Assembly: GCA_964570405.1 (NCBI GenBank) | Contig: CAZMXZ010000001.1 | Coordinates: forward strand, 1-29,556 | Source of the DNA: an uncultured Candidatus Saccharibacteria bacterium | GTDB taxonomy: Bacteria > Patescibacteriota > Minisyncoccia > Phycocordibacterales > XYD1-FULL-46-19 | Direction: 5' to 3' | Length of the DNA: 29,556 nt | Shown: piece by piece, positions 23,391 through 29,556 of the stretch | How the letters are laid out: the number at the start of each line of letters is the position of its first letter | Position numbering within the stretch: the stretch's first letter is position 1 | Translations under genes and position numbers: made by a program | The notes under the pieces: generated by a model | The model's input: only the letters and a program-made list of their open reading frames with translations | What the model was told of the DNA's origin: nothing | The model's database searches: none

Positions 23391-23886
23391 TGGTGGGAAA
23401 TTGTTTTTGCAATTTTTCTAACTTGGGGCTGATCACAATTTGGCAATAGGGGGCCAGGGAGTGAGCCTGGTAATAATTTTTGTGATCAGCCTCGCCTGGC
23501 CAAAATTTTTGTAACGGATTAATCTCGGTTACGGCACCAGTTATTTTTTGTTTAGCTTTTTCGGCCAACTGCTTTTCCTCTTTTGTTTGATAAAAAATGG
23601 CCGAGCGGTATTGGGGGCCCTCATCGGCACCCTGACGATTGAGAGTTGTGGGATCGTGAGAGGCAAAAAATATTTCTAACAAATCGTCGTAGGTGATCAC
23701 GGCTGGATCGTAAACAATCTTGATTGCTTCAGCATGGCCGGTTTGACCACCACTCACGTCAAAATAACTTGGCTTATCCATCTGGCCACCGGTGTAGCCC
23801 GATGTGACCTCAACTACTCCCCGGAGGGATTGAAAAATTGCCTCGGTGCACCAAAAACAACCGCCAGAAAAATAAGCTTCTTCCAT
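23365..23886 (-). CDS. msrA: Peptide-methionine (S)-S-oxide reductase
   Basis: GGCFWCTE, GYTGG, TGHAEA, HDPTTLNRQG-x-D-x-G-x-QYRSAIF. Start ATG 23886 lies 7 nt after TGATAGACT. Confidence 0.96.
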   Translation of the reverse strand: MEEAYFSGGCFWCTEAIFQSLRGVVEVTSGYTGGQMDKPSYFDVSGGQTGHAEAIKIVYDPAVITYDDLLEIFFASHDPTTLNRQGADEGPQYRSAIFYQTKEEKQLAEKAKQKITGAVTEINPLQKFWPGEADHKNYYQAHSLAPYCQIVISPKLEKLQKQFPTKTKSNAQF

Positions 23887-24241
23887 CTCTTCCAGTCTAT
23901 CATTTTTGCGCACACTTTATCCACCGCTTATGCTCTCTTGGCCAGTGTTAAGGGGTTGACTTAATGTGAGGTGGGAAGATAATATTGGAGGTTTACCCTA
24001 ATACGAGAGACTTATTAAACATAAGGGTAGCAAAATTATCTCGCCCTTTGGGGCAAGAACCAGCCACCCAATATATAAAAACAAAAGCCTCATCTATGGG
24101 GTAAACCGGAGGGAAGAGTTCAGGGTAAAACCTGGGCTTTTCCATTTGTGTTGTTGTCGGGTTAGATTCACCCTTGTTGTTTTTTATTAGGCGTGCTAGC
24201 GTTAGCCAAGAAATCAAGCTCGAAATTAAGAGAGACTGATC

Positions 24242-24721
24242 ATGAATAAGGATCTCGATCAAGTCACCAAACAATTGGCCGGCCCGCACGCTTATTTCTG
24301 GCGTCAGGAACTCAAAAAATTCCGTCAAATGGAAACTTGTTGGGTCAAGGAGGATCTAATCCTCCGACCGATCCTAGTTGAAGAGATTTTTATTGTCAAA
24401 CCGGGTAACGTCAGAGTAGGCTTTTGCGAGATTGTTAATGGCCGGACCCAAGGTGAGATATTCCGGGCACTCTCGTCCGATCTAAGTGGTCTCACTCTGA
24501 CCGATCGGCAAATTCACAACTTTTGCCAAAAGTTTCGACTCTGGTTGGAGGGTCAAGTCACACTCTTTCTGTCTCAAGACTTGGGCCACTACTCGGTTGT
24601 TTGGGTTAGTTGTGGGTCGGCCGGCATTTTCACCGACGTCGACCGTTTTAAAGAAAAAGGTGTTTGGGGTTGTCGTCCCGAAACTCGTCTGGTCATACCA
24701 GCCGCCAGCACGGAAACATAA
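24242..24721 (+). CDS. Hypothetical protein with a possible C-type-lectin-fold C-terminus
   Basis: 159 aa; ELKKF, LT-x2-QI-x2-FC-x-K-x3-WL, V-x-RF-x5-W-x7-RLVIP pattern; own promoter and terminator. Confidence 0.75.
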   Translation: MNKDLDQVTKQLAGPHAYFWRQELKKFRQMETCWVKEDLILRPILVEEIFIVKPGNVRVGFCEIVNGRTQGEIFRALSSDLSGLTLTDRQIHNFCQKFRLWLEGQVTLFLSQDLGHYSVVWVSCGSAGIFTDVDRFKEKGVWGCRPETRLVIPAASTET

Positions 24722-24733
24722 AGCCGATTTGAC

Positions 24734-24763
24734 CCCCGACCACCCAAGGTTGGGGATTTTTTT
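24734..24763 (+). terminator. Intrinsic terminator
   Basis: CCCCGACC-6 nt-GGTTGGGG followed by AT7. Confidence 0.8.
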
Positions 24764-24779
24764 GTGTTAAAATAATCAG

Positions 24780-26411
24780 GTGGAAATTAAAGACTTTAAG
24801 GGTGAGATTGAGAGTGATGTTAAAACGCTAACAACTTACTCGCACGATGCGAGCTTGTTTGAGGTCCGGCCCCAGGTGGTGGTTTTCCCCAAAGATGTCG
24901 AGGATGTCAAAACCCTCGTGCGCTATGTTAGTGAGAGAAAAAAGATTGATCCAACTATTTCTTTAACCGCCCGCGCCGCCGGCACCGATATGAGCGGCGG
25001 ACCGCTCAATACTTCCATTATTGCCGACTTTACTCGGCATTTAAATAAGATTAGATCAGTCACCGATGAGCTGGGGGTGGTCGAGCCGGGCTGCTATTAC
25101 CGCGATTTTGAAAAAGAAACGTTAAAAAAAGATCGCTTAATGCCCGCCTACACTGCCTCCAAGGATCTCTGTGCCGTCGGTGGGATGGTGGCCAACAATT
25201 CGGGCGGGGAAAAGACGCTAAAGTATGGCAAGACCGAAAATTATCTGGCCTATCTTAAAGTAGTTTTGAGCGACGGTAACGAATATTTACTTAAACCGTT
25301 AACCAAATCGGAGCTAGAAGTTAAGTGCGAGCAGTCAGACTTTGAGGGCGAGCTCTATAAAAAACTTAGCGATCTGATTTTTAATAATCTGGCAGTGATC
25401 AAGGCGGCCAAACCCAATGTTTCTAAAAACTCGGCTGGCTACTACTTGTGGAATGTATGGAACGACTCAACCCAAACTTTTGATTTGAACCGTTTAATTG
25501 TTGGCTCACAGGGCACGCTTGGTTTGGTGACGGAAATTGGTTTTAAACTGGTTCCGACGACACCGCACACTGGTCTCCTCGTCATTTTTATGGACTCGCT
25601 TGATCGCTTGCCCGAACTGGTTAATGAGCTGGTGGCTTTTGGTCCGGAGAGTTTAGAATCCTATGATGATTACAGTCTCAAATTGGCCATCAAATTCTTT
25701 TTCGATTTTTTCCAGCAAGTTGGCTTGGTCAAAACTATCAGTTTGGGCTGGCAATTTTTACCCGAAGTCTGGCACCTGCTCTTTAATCAGGTGCCAAAAC
25801 TAACGGTGATTGCTGAAATTGCTGGTCAAGACGAAGCTGAGGTGACCACCAAACTGCGTCACATTCAGCAAAAAATTAGCCACTTTAATTTTTACACTCG
25901 CCTGGCCGATAAGGACCGGGAAGAAGATAAATATTGGGAAATTCGCCACCAAAGTTTTAATTTGCTCCGCCATCACGTGCGAGGCCGGCGGACGGCGCCC
26001 TTTATTGATGATGTGGTGGTGCGGCCAGCTGATTTACCCAAGTTTTTACCAGCCCTAAAAAAGATTTTGGATGGGCATAAATTAATCTACACCATGGCTG
26101 GTCACGCCGGCGATGGCAACTTCCACATCATCCCGCTAATGGATCTCAAAGCCCCTTACTCGGCTGATCAAATTATTAAAATTTCTGACCAAGTCTATGG
26201 GTTGGTTAAGTCGTACCATGGTTCAATCACGGCCGAGCACAACGACGGTATCATCCGGACGCCATATTTAAGCACCATGTATCGCCCAGAAGTTTTAAAG
26301 TTATTTGTTGAAGTGAAAAAGATTTTTGATCCAGCCAACATCTTTAACCCGGGCAAAAAAGTCGGCGGGACGGTTGGGGATATCCGGGCTAAGCTAGTGC
26401 GCTATAATTAA
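24780..26411 (+). CDS. FAD-binding oxidoreductase (GlcD / D-2-hydroxyacid dehydrogenase-like)
   Basis: DAS-x-F-x3-P-x-VVVFP, RAAGT-x-MSGG, GGMVANNSGG, GSQGTLG, GHAGDGNFH, AEHNDG, FDP-x2-IFNPGK. Confidence 0.92.
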   Translation: MEIKDFKGEIESDVKTLTTYSHDASLFEVRPQVVVFPKDVEDVKTLVRYVSERKKIDPTISLTARAAGTDMSGGPLNTSIIADFTRHLNKIRSVTDELGVVEPGCYYRDFEKETLKKDRLMPAYTASKDLCAVGGMVANNSGGEKTLKYGKTENYLAYLKVVLSDGNEYLLKPLTKSELEVKCEQSDFEGELYKKLSDLIFNNLAVIKAAKPNVSKNSAGYYLWNVWNDSTQTFDLNRLIVGSQGTLGLVTEIGFKLVPTTPHTGLLVIFMDSLDRLPELVNELVAFGPESLESYDDYSLKLAIKFFFDFFQQVGLVKTISLGWQFLPEVWHLLFNQVPKLTVIAEIAGQDEAEVTTKLRHIQQKISHFNFYTRLADKDREEDKYWEIRHQSFNLLRHHVRGRRTAPFIDDVVVRPADLPKFLPALKKILDGHKLIYTMAGHAGDGNFHIIPLMDLKAPYSADQIIKISDQVYGLVKSYHGSITAEHNDGIIRTPYLSTMYRPEVLKLFVEVKKIFDPANIFNPGKKVGGTVGDIRAKLVRYN

Positions 26412-26501
26412 CCTAGTTTTTATTATTAATTGGGCGTAAAATAAATTGTTTATGATGGGATACGGTGTAGACGGTTTTTTTGGCCAGGTCTCTAGCATTG
26501 T

Positions 26502-27173
26502 TTGGCTAGCGGTTGGAGTGCTCCTAGTTGTTTGGCTCTGGAAACAAATCTCGCAAAGGTAAGTCGGCTCAAAACGCCGTCCGCGGTCCAAGATTTTTTG
26601 ACTGCCCTGCCGGCTAATTTTGAGTTACGGGGGGAAACAGTCAGATCGCCCGCTCAAGTCCTCAAGACCAATATGGCTCACTGCTTGGAGGGGGCACTTT
26701 TGGCGGCCGCTGTCTTTTGGGCGGAGGGGAGAAAGCCGCTCCTGCTTGATCTCAAGGCCAATCGGCGTGATCAGGATCATGTGGTAACGCTCTTTCGGGA
26801 GCGGGGTTATTGGGGGGCCGTTAGTAAGACTAATCATGCCGTGCTCCGCTACCGCGAACCAATTTATAAAACTATCCGTGAGCTGGCTCTCTCTTACTTC
26901 CATGAGTATTTTGATGACCAGGGCCGAAAAAATTTACGTTCTTACTCCCGGCCATTTGATCTCTCAATCTTGGGTAATTATTGGATCACGACCGATAAAG
27001 ACTTGTGGGAGATTAGTAAAAAGTTGGATCGAGTCCGACACTACTCCCTAATCCCTAAACTCCTAATTCCTAAACTCCGCCGGGCCGATAGTATTGAAAT
27101 CGAAGCCGGAAAGATTGTAGAATGGAAGAAAAACAAAAACTATGGATCAAAAAGAAGAAGATTTCAAAAATAA
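26502..27173 (+). CDS. Conserved hypothetical protein, transglutaminase-like Cys-His pattern
   Basis: [15 protein letters not shown]...[13 protein letters not shown]-x2-LRYR-x-PIY. The exact start is uncertain. Confidence 0.7.
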   Translation: MASGWSAPSCLALETNLAKVSRLKTPSAVQDFLTALPANFELRGETVRSPAQVLKTNMAHCLEGALLAAAVFWAEGRKPLLLDLKANRRDQDHVVTLFRERGYWGAVSKTNHAVLRYREPIYKTIRELALSYFHEYFDDQGRKNLRSYSRPFDLSILGNYWITTDKDLWEISKKLDRVRHYSLIPKLLIPKLRRADSIEIEAGKIVEWKKNKNYGSKRRRFQK

Positions 27174-27528
27174 ATTAACCCCTGAGCAGTATCATGTGCT
27201 ACGGGAGAAGGGGACGGAGGCGGCCTTTAGTGGTAAATATGCTCTCTCGAAAGATAAGGGAATGTATAAGTGTGCCGCTTGTGGGCAAGAGCTCTTCTCT
27301 TCCGACACCAAGTTTGACTCTGGTACCGGCTGGCCGAGCTTTACTGATCCGGTTAATTTAAAAAATATTAAATTACAAACTGACGAGAGCCACGGTATGA
27401 TGCGAACCGAGGTAACGTGCGCCAATTGTGGCTCGCACTTGGGTCACGTCTTTGACGACGGGCCAGGGCAAAGTGGCAAGCGCTATTGCATCAACTCCGT
27501 TTGCCTCGATCTGGAAGAAAGCAGGTAG
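27142..27528 (+). CDS. msrB: Peptide-methionine (R)-S-oxide reductase
   Basis: GTE-x-[21 protein letters not shown]-x-SHLGHVF-x-DGP, RYCINS. Confidence 0.97.
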   Translation: MDQKEEDFKNKLTPEQYHVLREKGTEAAFSGKYALSKDKGMYKCAACGQELFSSDTKFDSGTGWPSFTDPVNLKNIKLQTDESHGMMRTEVTCANCGSHLGHVFDDGPGQSGKRYCINSVCLDLEESR

Positions 27529-27549
27529 CAAGGGTAGCCCTTGCTACCT
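27523..27549. repeat. Perfect 12-bp-arm palindrome overlapping the msrB stop
   Basis: AGGTAGCAAGGG-TAG-CCCTTGCTACCT; no T-tract on either side. Confidence 0.85.
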
Positions 27550-27619
27550 AGCTATGTTTGACGAAGGGAGATTTTGTGATATCAATGGTATAGAAAAACT
27601 GGTTTAGGAGGAAACAACA

Positions 27620-27793
27620 GTGATCTTAATCAAAGCCTGGAGGATTCTGACGTTTTTGGTGACTGTCTTAGGGTTAGGCTTTTGGTCGATTGGGACCGAA
27701 CACCCGCTAGGCTTAGTTATCAGCCTTACTCTTTGGATTTGGCTTCTACCAAAAGAAATTCGACGTTACCATCGCCAGGAGTGTCAGGACTAA
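27620..27793 (+). CDS. 57-aa two-TM membrane protein (absent from the ORF track)
   Basis: MILIKAWRILTFLVTVLGLGFWSIGTEHPLGLVISLTLWIWLLPKEIRRYHRQECQD; AGGAGG SD before GTG; TTGACG promoter upstream; terminator downstream. Confidence 0.78.
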   Translation: MILIKAWRILTFLVTVLGLGFWSIGTEHPLGLVISLTLWIWLLPKEIRRYHRQECQD

Positions 27794-27798
27794 CACCG

Positions 27799-27823
27799 AG
27801 GCGCCTCCGGCGCCTTTTATTTT
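27799..27823 (+). terminator. Intrinsic terminator
   Basis: AGGCGCC-TCC-GGCGCCT followed by TTTATTTT. Confidence 0.8.
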
Positions 27824-27899
27824 ATCCACCGGTTGTTAAGATTTTAGTCAAGGCCAGATATTGACGGAAAGTTGGATTTGGTCATATAATATTTGGGCT

Positions 27900-28307
27900 A
27901 TGATATTAAGGCGTCTACTTTGGGCCGGGTCAATTGGGGGATTGGTTCTTGGTTTGGCTCTTGCCGCTCCGGCCCTAGCCGATAAAAATACTAATGTGGT
28001 AACGATCAGTCATGACTACGTTAGTGGGTCACTTGTTTACATTGATGGCGCAATTTGGGGGATCCCTCACAACCAAATGATCAGTGCTAAATTGTTTGTT
28101 GACTGGGGTGATGGCACCATTATCCAAGTACCAATTAATGTTGATTGGTGTAGCGGCATCAAATCAGCCAAAAATAAATGCTATTCAACCTATGCCACCG
28201 AGCACACCTACTCAGCACCCGGTATTTACAACGTCGGCGTCTATCTGACCAGTTTTGATGCGCCCACCGGCAGTCCTGACACCTCGATGACCTTTGTGGT
28301 AAATTAA
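27900..28307 (+). CDS. Secreted PKD-like domain protein
   Basis: Signal peptide ending APALA; VDWGDGT...HTYSAPGIY. ATG 27900 lies 9 nt after TTGACG-18-TATAAT; the track's TTG start at 27861 is the -35 box. Confidence 0.8.
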   Translation: MILRRLLWAGSIGGLVLGLALAAPALADKNTNVVTISHDYVSGSLVYIDGAIWGIPHNQMISAKLFVDWGDGTIIQVPINVDWCSGIKSAKNKCYSTYATEHTYSAPGIYNVGVYLTSFDAPTGSPDTSMTFVVN

Positions 28308-28347
28308 AATTGAGAATTAATGAGTTTATTAAATTAAGCAATCTAGC

Positions 28348-29556
28348 ATGAAAAAGTATTTTATTTTTGGGACAGTTTTTCTCATCAGTTCAGTTATTTT
28401 TTTGACCTCGAGTGTTTTGGCCCAAACTGTTGATGTGCCAACTACTACTGACCAGTCAGTGATAGTTGATACCTCAACCACGACCGATGCGACGACTACT
28501 ACCACCGATGCAACTGCCACACTGCCAACAGAAGTGATTGCCACCGATACGGCAACAGCCACCGTTAGTAATATTCCAGAGCCAACCACTAGCCCGACTC
28601 TTACCACTGATCAGGCCGACTACCATCCTGGTCAGACAGCGTCTATTTTTGGAAATTTTTTTCAACCACTGCAAAATATTATTTTGAAAATTTTTGGCAG
28701 TGACGATAATGACCAAAACTATACTGAATCTAATCAAACAATTAAAACTGATGAAAGCGGGCACTTCTCTTTTTTGTACAACATCGATACTCTCTATCGT
28801 CCGTTTTATGAAATGACCGCTTCTAGCCTTGATGGTAGTTTGCTTGCGCACAGCTTTTTTAGAGATTCGGCGATTGGCACCTATGATCAATGCTCAAACG
28901 ATCTAGGCACCGGCTATTCTACTGGAGACACGGGGTGTCGATGGACCAATGGAAATCTTCAATCGAGTAATTCGGTCTATCAAGAAGGAGATTCAACGGT
29001 CCAACGTTTGTGGATTAAAGGTTATGCGCCGGGGAGTACTCATACAGTAACCTTTCAATACGGTACTACTAAGTCTGGTAAGCATGCTTATGATTTCTTA
29101 ACCACCTGGGATGCTTCCGAAAACTGGATTACGGTTGATGACCGCTGCCAGGATATTACGGGTTGTACTACCGCAACGGAAACATCACTACCAATTCCTC
29201 ACGATCCTAATGGTTCTGGACAATTTGAGACCGGAACTCGCAACTTTGTAATGCGCGGTGGTACTCTAGACTCGGCAACAATTCCTAGCATCGTTAGTGG
29301 TACTTATGCCGGAGACAGCGAAACGGCAATCACCATTAGTTTTACCGTTGATCCCAATGGAGCGATGTGTTCAACCAAGAGCGGTGTTACTTCTTGTGGA
29401 ATTTCCATATGGTTTGGGGCTCACATAGCCAAAGGCGCACAATGGACCGCCTTTGACGGTAGCACTGGTGCCGGCTCTATTCCTGGTTCTCCATATCACG
29501 TTGCGTTCGCAGCAGAAGATGGAACTTCTGTTGGTCAGCGTGATAACCAAATGCAG
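28348..29556 (+). CDS. Large secreted / cell-surface protein, 5' part (runs off the window)
   Basis: Open frame of 403 codons: MKKYFIFG signal peptide ending VLA, Thr-rich linker, TDQADYHPGQT Ig-like start, several Cys pairs. Confidence 0.85.
   Translation, partial: MKKYFIFGTVFLISSVIFLTSSVLAQTVDVPTTTDQSVIVDTSTTTDATTTTTDATATLPTEVIATDTATATVSNIPEPTTSPTLTTDQADYHPGQTASIFGNFFQPLQNIILKIFGSDDNDQNYTESNQTIKTDESGHFSFLYNIDTLYRPFYEMTASSLDGSLLAHSFFRDSAIGTYDQCSNDLGTGYSTGDTGCRWTNGNLQSSNSVYQEGDSTVQRLWIKGYAPGSTHTVTFQYGTTKSGKHAYDFLTTWDASENWITVDDRCQDITGCTTATETSLPIPHDPNGSGQFETGTRNFVMRGGTLDSATIPSIVSGTYAGDSETAITISFTVDPNGAMCSTKSGVTSCGISIWFGAHIAKGAQWTAFDGSTGAGSIPGSPYHVAFAAEDGTSVGQRDNQMQ

Noticed and set aside
24083-24141. 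c-di-GMP-I riboswitch
   Set aside because: GGTAAACC resembles the start of the motif, but the GNRA hairpin, GACGCAAAGC and CUAA elements are missing.
23365-27528. msrA and msrB as one novel operon
   Set aside because: They are on opposite strands, separated by unrelated genes; both are ordinary enzymes.
27682-27864. 60-aa track ORF
   Set aside because: Out of frame with the SD-supported 27620-27793 ORF and runs through its terminator.
28329-28890. Minus-strand ORFs of 92 and 138 aa
   Set aside because: Antisense to the open-ended secreted protein starting at 28348, which the track omits because it lacks a stop.

Overview
A 29.6-kb chromosomal window, probably from a Patescibacteria (CPR, Parcubacteria-like) genome. 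This is inferred from the gene inventory and the CCTGCCTGCCG-type palindrome, not from a search. It opens in the 3' part of rpoD and ends inside a large secreted protein. It holds about 40 CDS, an intact tRNA-Ala(CGC), an intact tRNA-Asn(GTT) and a second, split tRNA-Asn. Recognisable genes include msrA, msrB, LysE, YbhB/YbcL, a flavodoxin-like protein, VOC, a class A beta-lactamase-like hydrolase, two GT2, DedA, a sphingomyelin-synthase-like PAP2, an M15 carboxypeptidase, a matrixin, an FAD oxidoreductase and FN3/peptidoglycan-binding surface proteins. No integrase, transposase, reverse transcriptase or CRISPR array is visible. Four observations stand out. (1) A tRNA-Asn gene is split in its T-loop by a 244-bp insert that carries a complete, compensatorily diverged tRNA-Asn, and the outer 3' half is further interrupted by a 20-bp palindrome. 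(2) A population of self-contained cassettes (promoter TGnTA-N10/11-AGAA, Shine-Dalgarno, ORF, hairpin, T4-6-C-T4-6) shares expression modules across unrelated cargo; one cassette is bracketed by a 19-bp direct repeat and one truncates a resident gene exactly at CTTTTT. (3) Many resident genes appear leaderless whereas cassette genes are SD-led. (4) Two small ORFs are missing from the ORF track, one of them a 10-Cys metallothionein-like peptide. All protein family calls are motif recognition by eye.
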